Source of the DNA: Candidatus Poribacteria bacterium
Lineage (GTDB): Bacteria; Poribacteria; WGA-4E; PCPOR2b
Direction: 5' to 3'
Assembly (NCBI GenBank): GCA_965116925.1
Contig: OZ220744.1
Location: 3,680,001 to 3,744,000 of the forward strand
DNA length: 64,000 nt
The position numbers and the translations under genes were made by a program. Shown in pieces: positions 9,789 to 19,781 of this stretch. A model generated the notes under the pieces. The model saw nothing but the letters and a program-made list of their open reading frames with translations, ran no database searches and was not told the DNA's origin. Numbering within the stretch: position 1 is the stretch's first letter; each line of letters opens with the position of its first letter.

Positions 9789-10238
9789 ATGGTACGATCT
9801 ATAGATTGGCTCAGACAGTCCGAAGCTGAATTTAAGGCCGCAACAGATCTTTTAAGTACCAACAACTTTGCGTGGTGCTGCTTCACTGCACAACAATCAG
9901 CTGAAAAGTCAATTAAAGCCATCCTAAACCACCTCCAAAATGATGCGTTAGGGCACAACTTAAATACACTAATTCAGGAAATTGAACAACATTTACAGGT
10001 GGATCAAGCCGTCATTAATGCGTGTATCCGATTAAATCGCTTCTACATTCCGAACGTCTCATCGTCACTCCGATAGAATTGAGAAATGTAGACGATGAGA
10101 CGTTCCCGTTATCCAGATGCCTTTGCAAGCGGTGTTCCCGCTGAACAATACTTTGATCAAGATGCAAATCAAGCGGTTCAAGATGCTGAGGAGGTGCTCC
10201 GTTTTGCGAGAACTATTATCCAACCGACCACACGTTGA
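9789..10238 (+). pseudogene. HEPN-domain gene (COG2250-type) interrupted by an in-frame 51-nt insert
   Basis: N-half WL.QSE..F.AA..AWCCFTAQQSAEKSIKA..GHNL..FYIP; the same frame resumes RYPDAF..AVQDAEEVLRF; removing the insert gives 132 aa. Confidence 0.85.
10052..10105. repeat. Perfect 15-bp inverted repeat with 24-nt loop inside the HEPN gene
   Basis: GAACGTCTCATCGTC (10052-10066) / GACGATGAGACGTTC (10091-10105). Confidence 0.95.
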
Positions 10239-10656
10239 AAAGTTATGGGAATTCGTAGATCGAGTCCTCAAGCAGAAAGGTGACGAGATTGAATTCATCG
10301 TTCTGTATGGTTCTATGGCGAAAGGTAACTGGTCAGTCGCTAGCGATTATGATGTGCTGATCGGACTGTGCATTGATGATGGGAAACGTTTCATAGATCG
10401 GCTCTACGACTATTCGCTACTCACCTCTGCTCCAATCGATATTTTTGCGTACAGCCAATCCGAACTCGATCTCATGTTCAGTAACTTTCATTTGACCCTG
10501 TTAGAATCGCTGAACCATGGGATTGTCCTGTTTGACCGAGGGCGATGGGCGGAGATGCAAAAACAATTCAAGGAATGGAAGACATCGGGCGTGATTGAAC
10601 AGATACCTGTGGGTTGGCGGTTTAAGAAAGAACAAGGAAATATCAGAGATAATTGA
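10204..10656 (+). CDS. Minimal nucleotidyltransferase (MNT), partner of the HEPN
   Basis: LYGSMAKGNWSVASDYD (GSx10DxD); likely TTG start 9 nt after GAGGAGG, overlapping the HEPN 3' end. Confidence 0.85.
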   Translation: MRELLSNRPHVEKLWEFVDRVLKQKGDEIEFIVLYGSMAKGNWSVASDYDVLIGLCIDDGKRFIDRLYDYSLLTSAPIDIFAYSQSELDLMFSNFHLTLLESLNHGIVLFDRGRWAEMQKQFKEWKTSGVIEQIPVGWRFKKEQGNIRDN

Positions 10657-10790
10657 CGGTTGAAGAGGCGGTAAAGTTTTTGTCGATATGAACTGAAGTT
10701 AATGTGATTGCTCATTTTGTTTACACACTACGGGGTACGCAAGGCATAGATAGCTTGCATCTTTAACCGATAGAAGGAGTTGCTATTGAG

Positions 10791-12398
10791 ATGACAAAGT
10801 ACATCTTCGTAACTGGTGGTGTAATCTCTGGCATCGGAAAGGGAATAACGACAGCATCGCTTGGTCGCTTGCTCATCGATCGTGGGTTCAAGGTTATGGT
10901 GGTTAAAATTGACCCGTACCTCAACTCGGATGCTGGCACAATGAACCCATTCCAACACGGTGAGGTGTTCGTGACGCGGGACGGTGCGGAAACCGATCTC
11001 GATCTCGGCAATTACGAGCGATTCTTGGGAATTGACCTCAATCAATACTCGAACTTTACAACGGGTTCGGTTTACAATGCGGTCATTGCCAAAGAGCGGC
11101 GTGGGGATTATTTGGGCGGGACCGTGCAACTTATCCCGCACATCACCGATGAGATTAAGGAACGCATCTATCAACTGGGGCGCGATAGCGATGCGGAGGT
11201 GGTCATTACGGAGATTGGCGGAACCATTGGAGATTTTGAGACGCCACCGTTTGTGGAAGCGATTCGACAGATGGCGGTAGAGGTCGGACGCGAAAATACG
11301 ATCTTTATTCATGTTTCGTTAATCTATACTCTTCCCAACGGAGAGAGCAAGAGCAAACCGACCCAACATAGCATCCGTACGCTACAAGAGTACGGTATCC
11401 AACCCGATCTCCTAATTTGCCGCACAAGTCAACCGATGGAGGAAGGAATACGGCAGAAAATTTCACTCCTTTGTGGACTTCAGGAGGAATACATCGTTGA
11501 AGGGCTTGACACCGACCTAGTTGATGAGATTCCACTGAACTTCGAGCGACAAGGCATGGGGCGTTTGGTGATAAAGCGACTTGGGTTAGAAGAACGTCAA
11601 TCGAATGGCGTTGAGTGGGCAAAGATGGTTGATAAACTGAAGCACCCCAAACACCGGACCCAGATAGCGATTGTCGGTAAATATGTCCAAGGTTCTGATA
11701 CCTATCTCAGTGTGAAGGAAGCACTCAAACATGGGGGCATTGCCAACGAATCAGCCGTAGATGTCAAATGGATTGAATCTGACCTACTGAGCGACGACCA
11801 AAACTTGGATGAGGAGTTTGAGGGAATTGATGGGATCCTCGTTCCTGGTGGCTTTGGTTACCGGGGCATTGAAGGGATGATTGTTGCATCACGCTATGCA
11901 CGGGAGCAGAAGATTCCATATTTTGGGCTGTGTCTTGGTATGCAGTGCATGGTGATTGATGTTGCACGGCACGTCGCAAAACTGAAAGGTGCAAACAGTG
12001 CCGAGTTTGACGAGGAAACACCCCATCCGGTGATTGATCTGATGCTAAATCAACGAGAACAGACCGATCTCGGTGGCACAATGCGACTTGGACTCTATCC
12101 GTGCGTTCTCAAGGAAAACACAAAAAGCTATGAGGCGTATAAGCAACCCATAATCTTAGAACGACACCGTCACCGATATGAATTGAACAACGATTATCGG
12201 GAAGCCCTTGCATCCGAAGGGTTGTATTTTAGCGGGGTATCGCCCGACGAGAATCTAGTTGAAATCACTGAAGTTGTTGATCATCCGTGGATGGTTGGCT
12301 CGCAGTTCCACCCCGAATTTCAATCCAAGCCACTTGAACCGCATCCACTGTTCCGTGACTTTATTCGGGCTGCATTACATTATCGGCAGCAGCGATAG
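10791..12398 (+). CDS. pyrG: CTP synthase
   Basis: TKYIFVTGGVISGIGKG, GLCLGMQ, ERHRHRYE, QFHPEF. Confidence 0.98.
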   Translation: MTKYIFVTGGVISGIGKGITTASLGRLLIDRGFKVMVVKIDPYLNSDAGTMNPFQHGEVFVTRDGAETDLDLGNYERFLGIDLNQYSNFTTGSVYNAVIAKERRGDYLGGTVQLIPHITDEIKERIYQLGRDSDAEVVITEIGGTIGDFETPPFVEAIRQMAVEVGRENTIFIHVSLIYTLPNGESKSKPTQHSIRTLQEYGIQPDLLICRTSQPMEEGIRQKISLLCGLQEEYIVEGLDTDLVDEIPLNFERQGMGRLVIKRLGLEERQSNGVEWAKMVDKLKHPKHRTQIAIVGKYVQGSDTYLSVKEALKHGGIANESAVDVKWIESDLLSDDQNLDEEFEGIDGILVPGGFGYRGIEGMIVASRYAREQKIPYFGLCLGMQCMVIDVARHVAKLKGANSAEFDEETPHPVIDLMLNQREQTDLGGTMRLGLYPCVLKENTKSYEAYKQPIILERHRHRYELNNDYREALASEGLYFSGVSPDENLVEITEVVDHPWMVGSQFHPEFQSKPLEPHPLFRDFIRAALHYRQQR

Positions 12399-12539
12399 CG
12401 AATAATACGTAGCGAGTAAGGAGTTAAAAACCGACCGCTGAGTTGCAGAGGGTGCAGAGCGATTAAAAACAATTTACCTATCTGTGTCTCTGTGGTTTCT
12501 TTTACGCATTACGTATCATGTATTAGGTGGAGGTCCGTT

Positions 12540-13799
12540 ATGTCTAAAAACTACGCTAAGATGTACTCTCGCGCTTGGTATGGCGACGAGGAGATTACAC
12601 TGACGTTTCCCGAAAATTGGGAAGTCACAATGGTCGCGCCTAACGATGCGCCCAAGTTATCGGACGCAGCAATCGAAGCTGCATTCGGTCAGCCTATCGG
12701 TACACCGCGTATTGAAGAAATGGCGCGTGGCAAAAGCGATGCCGTTATCGTCGTGGATGATCTTAGTCGGCCAACGCCTGCAGCGGCGGTTATTCCGCTC
12801 CTACTCCGTGAACTGCACCAAGCGGGCATCCCCAAGAACGAAATTCGCTTTGTTATTGGTCCCGGCTCACATCGTCCTCTCACGGATGAGGAGATAGTGA
12901 AGAAAGTGGGGGCTGATATTGCAGCGTCTTATGAAGTAATAAACCACGACTTTATGAGCGGAAATCTCCGGGCACTGGGGAACCTAGATGAGGGTATGCC
13001 GATCTATATCAACCCAGTTGTGGCAGACGCTGATTTCAAAATCTGCTTGGGCGGTATTTACCCTCACAAAGCGGTCGGATTTGGTGGTGGGGCAAAGTTG
13101 ATTGTGCCCGGTGTATCCGGTTTTTCCACGATGTTCCACTTCCACAATTACTATCCGGGACGAGGTCATGCAGCCGTTGAGAAGCAGTTCGACAAGACTG
13201 ATGCCCGGGATGTCTCAGAAGCGGCTGCCAGAGTCGTTGGAGTGGATGCCATTGTAAACCTCGTCACCAACAGCAGACGCGAAATAGCCGGTCTATTTGT
13301 CGGCGATTTAGTGGAGGCACACCGAGCCGGCGCACGTTTTGCCCTGGAAACCTATGGGACGCAGATCCCAGAGGCTGTTCGCCAAGAAACAGATGTGATC
13401 GTGCTAAACTGCTATCCGATTGACTCGGATGCAATTCAGACCACTAAAACATTCTGGGCACGACGGTATTTTGATGATGTCTACACTATCGCCGTTAATC
13501 CTGCGAGTGATGGGTTCTGCTATCACGGACTCTATGATCTATTAGACTATCCACGTTACCTTAGGCGGAGGGCGCGAAATACCCCGATCGCGTTACCCAC
13601 ACCGAAAATCGAATCTCCAAACCAAGTGCTAGTTTGGTCGGAGAATTTTCCGCCAGATGAGTTTTACAAGGATCATCCCGGCGACATCCTCTATCGTGAG
13701 TGGGATGTACTTGTCAATGCACTTGCGGAGCAGCTGCCTCAGAATGCGAAAGTGGCTGCCTTTCCGTGTGCAAGCATCCAAGTGTTGGCAGAGGAATAG
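12540..13799 (+). CDS. Lactate racemase (LarA/DUF2088) superfamily protein
   Basis: VDDLSRPTP, GSHR, YPH..GFGGGAKLIVPG; GGAGG SD. Confidence 0.8.
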   Translation: MSKNYAKMYSRAWYGDEEITLTFPENWEVTMVAPNDAPKLSDAAIEAAFGQPIGTPRIEEMARGKSDAVIVVDDLSRPTPAAAVIPLLLRELHQAGIPKNEIRFVIGPGSHRPLTDEEIVKKVGADIAASYEVINHDFMSGNLRALGNLDEGMPIYINPVVADADFKICLGGIYPHKAVGFGGGAKLIVPGVSGFSTMFHFHNYYPGRGHAAVEKQFDKTDARDVSEAAARVVGVDAIVNLVTNSRREIAGLFVGDLVEAHRAGARFALETYGTQIPEAVRQETDVIVLNCYPIDSDAIQTTKTFWARRYFDDVYTIAVNPASDGFCYHGLYDLLDYPRYLRRRARNTPIALPTPKIESPNQVLVWSENFPPDEFYKDHPGDILYREWDVLVNALAEQLPQNAKVAAFPCASIQVLAEE

Positions 13800-13843
13800 T
13801 TGAAACATAAACCGCGGGATGTCCGAAGTAGGAGGAAACCAAA

Positions 13844-14875
13844 GTGGGAGGAAACCGCATCGAAACAGGGAATCCACTGCGTATGATTGTCGTGGGCAGC
13901 GGTAGAGGGAAGTCGCACGCACGCAGCTTTCTGGCGCGACCCGACAGGTTTGAATTGGTCGGCTTAGTTGATATTGATGAACCGCGTCTTAAAGCCGCTA
14001 TTAGCGATCTCGAATTATCGGACCATCTTGCCTACACTTCATACCCGGAGGCGTTAGAACAGTCGAATTGTGACGGTGTTGTCGTCGCTACTTGGGCGCG
14101 TACGCACGATGAACTGGTGGAGGCTGCAATCGAAGCCGACAAACACGTCATGGTGGAGAAGCCGTTCACACTGGAACTCGCACCCGCCCGGCGACTGACT
14201 GAGAGGGCGGAGGCGCGTGGGCTAAAAATCGTTGTAACGCAACAGTGGCGATACCTGCCCGGCCAGCGCACGGTACGACGTTTGATGACCGAGGGGGCTT
14301 ATGGCGAGCCGCAGACCGGGCACATGTTCTCCTACAAAGCCCGCGGTAGCGAGTATCCCGACTCCGAGCACTCGCAACTCTGGCAGATGACCGTCCACGA
14401 AATTGATTCGCTAATTGCGATGGTGAATCGACCCGTAGCAGAGGTGTTCGGCCATTCTTATCGACCGCCGGAGACGACTTGGAATCGTGAATCCACCGCT
14501 ACCGCCGAAATTACCTTCGATAACGGTGCCCGTTTCGTGATCGTATCTACCTCTGATGCCCGTGTGAACACCAGTGAATTCCGCGCCGAGTGCGAGCATG
14601 GCGCAGTTGTCTTACACAGCCCACAAGGTTTTGGCGGTCCGGAGACTTTGCTGATCGGGAAGAACCGAGCAGCTGAATTGAGTGAGGTAGAGATTGATCC
14701 GGACTTCACTGGCTCACGCCAACTTGATCTGCACGTTGCTACTACGTTTGCCGATTGGGTCAATGGCGGACCTGAGCCGGAGACCAGTGGGCGTAACAAC
14801 CTGCCAGTCCTCGCTACTTTGAATGCCGTCATCGAGTCAGGGGAATCCGGTCGAGCGGTAAGGGTGGAGGTTTAG
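13844..14875 (+). CDS. Gfo/Idh/MocA oxidoreductase
   Basis: VVGSGRG, HVMVEKP. Confidence 0.88.
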   Translation: MGGNRIETGNPLRMIVVGSGRGKSHARSFLARPDRFELVGLVDIDEPRLKAAISDLELSDHLAYTSYPEALEQSNCDGVVVATWARTHDELVEAAIEADKHVMVEKPFTLELAPARRLTERAEARGLKIVVTQQWRYLPGQRTVRRLMTEGAYGEPQTGHMFSYKARGSEYPDSEHSQLWQMTVHEIDSLIAMVNRPVAEVFGHSYRPPETTWNRESTATAEITFDNGARFVIVSTSDARVNTSEFRAECEHGAVVLHSPQGFGGPETLLIGKNRAAELSEVEIDPDFTGSRQLDLHVATTFADWVNGGPEPETSGRNNLPVLATLNAVIESGESGRAVRVEV

Positions 14876-14893
14876 GAACTTTTGACGTACTTT

Positions 14894-14921
14894 GTAGGGA
14901 ACGCAGATCCGCGTTCCCTAC
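14894..14921. repeat. REP-like palindrome GTAGGGAACGCAGATCYGCGTTCCCTAC
   Basis: Near-identical copies at 32396 and 37124. Confidence 0.85.
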
Positions 14922-14934
14922 ACAAGGAGAATAT

Positions 14935-16611
14935 ATGAACGTAACAGGTTCACACCTCATCGTCCAAGCATTACAGGCGGAAGGGATAGACCAGATTTTT
15001 ACCCTAGCAGGAGATCACACCCTGCATCTGATGGATGTTATGGCGGATGAGGGATTTAAGTTTATTGATACCCGCCACGAACAGGCTGCGGTGGACATGG
15101 CAAATGCGTGGGGGCGAATCACCGGCTCCCCCGGAATATCAATGTTTACTTCGCCGGGACATGTGAACGCTATCCCCGGACTCGCGCTGGCGTATCACAT
15201 GGAATCGCCGGTCATCAACATCACAGGTTCCGCAGCGCAGAACCAACTGGGACAGGGAATCGCACAACAAGAAATCGATCAGGTTGGGATGGCAAAACCG
15301 ATTACGAAGGGGTCATGGTTCATCTCTGATCCGCACCGGATCCCGGAGTATTTCGCACGCGCGTTCCGCACCGCCTTAGCGGGCAGGCGCGGTCCCATTC
15401 ACCTGACCATCCCTGTAGATGTCCAAAGTGCTGAAGTGGACACGAGCCGAGTACATTTCGACCCACCCGAAGTGTACCGTCGTTCCGGTCAAGTCATGGG
15501 CGATCCAACCCTTGTAAAAGAAGCAATAGAATTGATCCAGAGCGCGCAGCGACCTATGGTGCTAGCGGGAAATGCAACCGACTCCATAAATCGGGAGGAT
15601 TTGCAGCGGTTCTTGGAGATAACGCAGCTTCCGCTGTTTACCGAGGAGATAGCCCGTGGGCTTGTTCCCGATAACCACCCCTACTGCTTCGGATTCGCGG
15701 ACGGACGGGTCAACCTCGTCTCACGCCGCTTGGATGAGGCAGACGTTGTGCTGTTGCTCGGTAAGAAATTGGACTTTACCATCTCCTTCGGCGGACAGCC
15801 GACCCTCGCTGCTAATGTGCGTATCATCCAAGTGGATCCATCAGCGGACCAGATTGGTCTCTCACGCGGCGTGGATGTTGGTATTTTAGGAGATGTCGGT
15901 GCGGTGGTGAAGCAGTTAGCGCAGGAAGCCGAGGGATATCGATGGAATGAAAATCCGATAGTTGAAGAACTCAGAGGCACCCGCGATGCCCAAGAGCAGG
16001 ATTTGGACAGCCGGGGGGCACCAGCCACCCCGTTACACGCGATGTCCGTTCACAAACATCTGCGCTCCCTACTGGGCGAGAATGACTGTTTAATCTTTGA
16101 GGGCAGCGACTTCTCTTTCTATGGAACCCCCTACTATCCCAGTCTTCGTCCTAGACGCTGGTTTACCAATAGCACGCTCGGAATGATCGGCTGGGGCGTA
16201 TCCTATGGCGTGGGTGCTCAAACCGCACTCCCTCAATCCAAAGTGGTGGTGCTCACCGGCGATGGTGCCTTCGGATTCAGTGCGATGGAATTGGACACCG
16301 CCGTGCGGCACAACCTACCCGTAGTCATTGTGATTGGGAACGATAGTGTCTGGGGGATTGACTACCACCAGCAGGTGCAACTCTTCGGAAAAAGTGTGGC
16401 AACCGAGCTGCTGCCCACCCGTTATGACAAGGTGGCGGAAGCGCTCGGTGCGCACGGCGAATATGTTGAGGACGCCCACCAACTACCCGGTGCGTTAGAA
16501 CGCGCCCTCGCCTCGGACAAACCCGCATTAGTCAATGTGCGGATTCAGGCGAACCCCAGTCCATTGACAGAATACATCATTGAGCGGAAAACCGCCTTCA
16601 CCGGAAGATAG
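14935..16611 (+). CDS. Thiamine-diphosphate enzyme (acetolactate synthase / 2-hydroxyacyl-CoA lyase-like)
   Basis: RHEQAA, GDGAFGFSAMELDT...GND ThDP motif. Confidence 0.88.
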   Translation: MNVTGSHLIVQALQAEGIDQIFTLAGDHTLHLMDVMADEGFKFIDTRHEQAAVDMANAWGRITGSPGISMFTSPGHVNAIPGLALAYHMESPVINITGSAAQNQLGQGIAQQEIDQVGMAKPITKGSWFISDPHRIPEYFARAFRTALAGRRGPIHLTIPVDVQSAEVDTSRVHFDPPEVYRRSGQVMGDPTLVKEAIELIQSAQRPMVLAGNATDSINREDLQRFLEITQLPLFTEEIARGLVPDNHPYCFGFADGRVNLVSRRLDEADVVLLLGKKLDFTISFGGQPTLAANVRIIQVDPSADQIGLSRGVDVGILGDVGAVVKQLAQEAEGYRWNENPIVEELRGTRDAQEQDLDSRGAPATPLHAMSVHKHLRSLLGENDCLIFEGSDFSFYGTPYYPSLRPRRWFTNSTLGMIGWGVSYGVGAQTALPQSKVVVLTGDGAFGFSAMELDTAVRHNLPVVIVIGNDSVWGIDYHQQVQLFGKSVATELLPTRYDKVAEALGAHGEYVEDAHQLPGALERALASDKPALVNVRIQANPSPLTEYIIERKTAFTGR

Positions 16612-16717
16612 TCATAGGTGCGATCTGCTTCAGGGATTGCTAGGTAAACCTGTTTGTCTAGCAATCCCCATTACTACCGGTCAATGGTGGATTTGTTGGA
16701 AAAAACGCTTGGCACAC

Positions 16718-17917
16718 CTATGCCGTTGCGTAATACTCCTCCCAATCCACACCAGCGCGTCCGTTCAGATCCCACTCAACCTGCCCATCAATCAAGGTCA
16801 ATTCACACTCTAGCTTCTGATTCCCTACAAAGAGTGCCCGCCTGACATCTAGGAAACCGAATTCACCCTCATTGAGTTTGAGCACGGCGACATCTGCTAC
16901 CGCTCCAACACTCAAGTGCCCATATTCCGGGCGATTAATCATCTCTGCCGGGGTAATCGTTGACATTTTGATAACATCAAACAGAGAAACACCTATATTC
17001 AGAATCTTTGACATGGTTGTTGCCATGTCCTTCATCCCAGCGTTCATGCTGCCGGTATGGAGGTCTGTCGAAATCGAATCCGGTATCCACCCCTGTTCAA
17101 TGGCAGGTATGGCTTGGTTCCACACAAAACTCCCAGCACCGTGTCCCACGTCAAACTTGACGCCACGTTCCCGCGCTTCAGCGAAATAAGGCTGCAACTT
17201 CCCCTTCTCATCAAACATCGGTATCGCGGCTTGGTACATGTGAGTGCTAATGTCGCCGGGACCTATATGCTCAAGTATCATCTCCGGATAGGGACGCTCC
17301 GGACGAAATGCGCCAAAATCAATCATGGCGAACAAGTTCGTCAATCTCGCAGCTTCCACAGCACGGTCAACCCCAAGCCACTCAGGACCCGCGTAGTGCG
17401 CGGTCTTAATACCCACAACAATATCGGGATAGCGTTCAGCAACTTTCGCCGTTGCTTCGGGCTCCATGTCCGGTATATTCTGCTCGATGGCACCGCCACC
17501 CATGCCGTGTCCCACAATGTTGAGCAGTGCAAAAACACGGGTCTTCGCCCGGTCGATGACGCGGTCTTTGAAGTCGGGGAAATTCCGCCACCCTGAACTC
17601 CCAACATCGAGAACCGTCGTCACACCTGTGCGAAAATTGTATCCATCGGGATATAGGGAGTTGTCGCCGCAGTAGGCGTTGCGCTGACCGGTGCCGGCGT
17701 AGGCGTGGACGTGTATATCGAGTAAGCCGGGCGTGACGTAAAGCCCATCGACATTGACAACCTTTTCTGCATCCGCGCCCGGTATGTTCTCCGCCACACG
17801 CGCAATCTTCCCCTCTGCAATCCCAACATCCATCGCCTGATCGATGTTGTTCTTGGGGTCAATAACGTGACCACCTTTGAGTAACAGATCGAAACCATTC
17901 TGTGTTGTTTCACCCAT
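16718..17917 (-). CDS. Amidohydrolase/deacetylase family metallohydrolase (dihydroorotase-like)
   Basis: PGLLDIHVH, FDVGHGAGSF, SISTDLH. Confidence 0.85.
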   Translation of the reverse strand: MGETTQNGFDLLLKGGHVIDPKNNIDQAMDVGIAEGKIARVAENIPGADAEKVVNVDGLYVTPGLLDIHVHAYAGTGQRNAYCGDNSLYPDGYNFRTGVTTVLDVGSSGWRNFPDFKDRVIDRAKTRVFALLNIVGHGMGGGAIEQNIPDMEPEATAKVAERYPDIVVGIKTAHYAGPEWLGVDRAVEAARLTNLFAMIDFGAFRPERPYPEMILEHIGPGDISTHMYQAAIPMFDEKGKLQPYFAEARERGVKFDVGHGAGSFVWNQAIPAIEQGWIPDSISTDLHTGSMNAGMKDMATTMSKILNIGVSLFDVIKMSTITPAEMINRPEYGHLSVGAVADVAVLKLNEGEFGFLDVRRALFVGNQKLECELTLIDGQVEWDLNGRAGVDWEEYYATA

Positions 17918-17980
17918 TAGATTCCTCCATTTCTGAATATGGAATTTTTGGATTTTCTCCTAATTAACGCAAGTTGCTAG

Positions 17981-18092
17981 TACTCAGTCATATAAGTTTT
18001 GCATATCAACAAGGGGGTCGGATCACCCGACCCCTACGAAAGTATTATGAGTCTCAATCCATATAGACAATCATAATTTGCCTGACAGAGTA
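17981..18092. mobile_element. MITE family H with CTAG target duplication, carrying a REP hairpin
   Basis: TIR TACTCAGTCA/TGACAGAGTA flanked by CTAG on both sides; internal GGGGTCGGATCACCCGACCCCTAC. Confidence 0.65.
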
Positions 18093-18280
18093 CTAGGGCG
18101 TGTTGACATTTTGAAGCTGCTGATTCGGCAAACGCTGTAATCATCAGGCAATCTGAAATCTGAAAAATGTAGCGCAAACTGTTAGTTTGCAGGCTGGATC
18201 ACAATCTAACAGATCGTGGTACAAAAGCGAACTCTTACGAAACTGCTTTTTGAAAAAGAGGCTTCCCGATGAAAAACGGA

Positions 18281-18381
18281 GTTGGGTTTCACTCTATCTG
18301 TCTATAAGTAGGTGTTGTTGGACGACTGAATCTCTATTACACTTGACAGAGATTGACGGTTAACCGTTCAACCCAACCTAC
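18281..18381 (-). repeat. Dispersed repeat family G (GTAGGTTGGGTTGAACGG...GAAACCCAAC)
   Basis: Reverse-complement homolog of 35460..35559. Confidence 0.7.
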
Positions 18382-18384
18382 GGA

Positions 18385-19548
18385 CTATGCTTCATCGGTA
18401 GCAGTAGCTTCCTCTGACGGACTAAAGATTTGCTTTTCTACCAAGTATTGAAGCAAATCAGGAAGATCTTTTTTGGGGACATCTTTTATGGTTATATCCC
18501 CAATTTTCGTTGGCAGCACAAATCGCAAAGTGTTACCCCGCCGCTTTTTATCGTGTAACATCGGTTGAAGCAAGGGATCGATCGAAACACCTAACGCATC
18601 GGTCGGCAAGCCAATTCTGGACAATAACTTCAGTTGTCTCTCAGCATCTGCGTGAGGGAGAATTTCCGTCTTGACTGCAAGATATGAGGCAGCGACCATG
18701 CCCACAGAAACCGCTTCGCCGTGTAAATATCTGTGGTAAAGTGATTCCAGGGCGTGTCCAATCGTGTGCCCATAATTTAGAATCGCCCGGCGATCTGTTC
18801 GCTCTTCCGGATCCTCCTCCACAACCGCAATTTTGTGCTCACAGCATCTTCTGACAAGTTTTTCTAAAACATCGGGATCCTTCGCGATGATGTTCGCTAC
18901 GTTAGCTTCTATATAGTCAAATAGCTCACCGTCCATAATTACAGCATACTTAACCACTTCGGCAAGCCCCGCTCTTAACTCTCGCGCGTTGAGTGTTTGC
19001 AGAAAGCTAGCATCAATGCAGATCATTTTTGGATGGTAAAATCCGCCGACTATATTTTTAACTCTCGCCAGATTAATGGCAACCTTCCCGCCAAGACTGC
19101 TATCCGCTTGAGCGATGAGTGTAGTGGGAATATGCACCAACGGGAGTCCGCGCAGAAACGTGCTCGCAGCAAATCCAGCCAAATCGCCGATGACACCGCC
19201 ACCCATTGCGATAATCACGGATTGCCTATCCAACTGATGCTCCGCGAAGAAATCGTACAACATTCCAAGGCCCCAATACGATTTGGTTCTTTCCCCTTCT
19301 GGGATCGCCTCGACGATCAGATCTACTCCCATATTTGCGAGACTCTCAGAGATCTGGGCGATTTTAGCGGCGTGAACCTCTTCAATGGTTTGATTGGTCA
19401 CCAATAACGCTTGGGAGCAACGCGGCAGATGCTCCTTAAAGAGCGTCCCAAATTCAGGAATAATGTCGGTTCCAATATAGATGGGATATGTGGTTTTTTC
19501 GTCTATCGTTGTCCAGATAGGTTCGATTTTATTTTTTGTTGAGTTCAT
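18385..19548 (-). CDS. aroB: 3-dehydroquinate synthase
   Basis: GGGVIGDLAGF, PTTLIAQADSSLGGK, LNYGHTIGHALE, HGEAV. Confidence 0.95.
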   Translation of the reverse strand: MNSTKNKIEPIWTTIDEKTTYPIYIGTDIIPEFGTLFKEHLPRCSQALLVTNQTIEEVHAAKIAQISESLANMGVDLIVEAIPEGERTKSYWGLGMLYDFFAEHQLDRQSVIIAMGGGVIGDLAGFAASTFLRGLPLVHIPTTLIAQADSSLGGKVAINLARVKNIVGGFYHPKMICIDASFLQTLNARELRAGLAEVVKYAVIMDGELFDYIEANVANIIAKDPDVLEKLVRRCCEHKIAVVEEDPEERTDRRAILNYGHTIGHALESLYHRYLHGEAVSVGMVAASYLAVKTEILPHADAERQLKLLSRIGLPTDALGVSIDPLLQPMLHDKKRRGNTLRFVLPTKIGDITIKDVPKKDLPDLLQYLVEKQIFSPSEEATATDEA

Positions 19549-19668
19549 AATCTCCGACCATATTTTTGACGCAAGGACGCTAGGGTACAAAGACGCAAAG
19601 AGAAGAGCTGGAAACGAGAAAGAAATTATCTCATTTTCCCATCACTCCTGTTTTGTTGCTAGAGCCAT

Positions 19669-19776
19669 TATAGTGGATCTTAGAATTAATGAGACACTCC
19701 AAATCGGCGCAGTTGGAAACAGCACCTACCAAACATGGGGAGCGAAAGTGTCTATTTATTTTTTGAATTCACTATA
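19669..19776. mobile_element. MITE family A
   Basis: TATAGTGGATCTTAGAATT ... GAATTCACTATA; degenerate REP inside. Confidence 0.75.
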
Positions 19777-19781
19777 AAAGC

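Noticed and set aside
10055..10102. Inverted CGTCTC/GAGACG (BsmBI) sites suggesting a cloning scar
   Set aside because: Any palindrome containing the hexamer gives this pair; no other synthetic features are present.
10046..10108. Integron attC site (AAC...GTT ends)
   Set aside because: GTT is followed by CCCG rather than RRRY, the stem has no extrahelical bases, it lies inside a gene, and no integrase is present.
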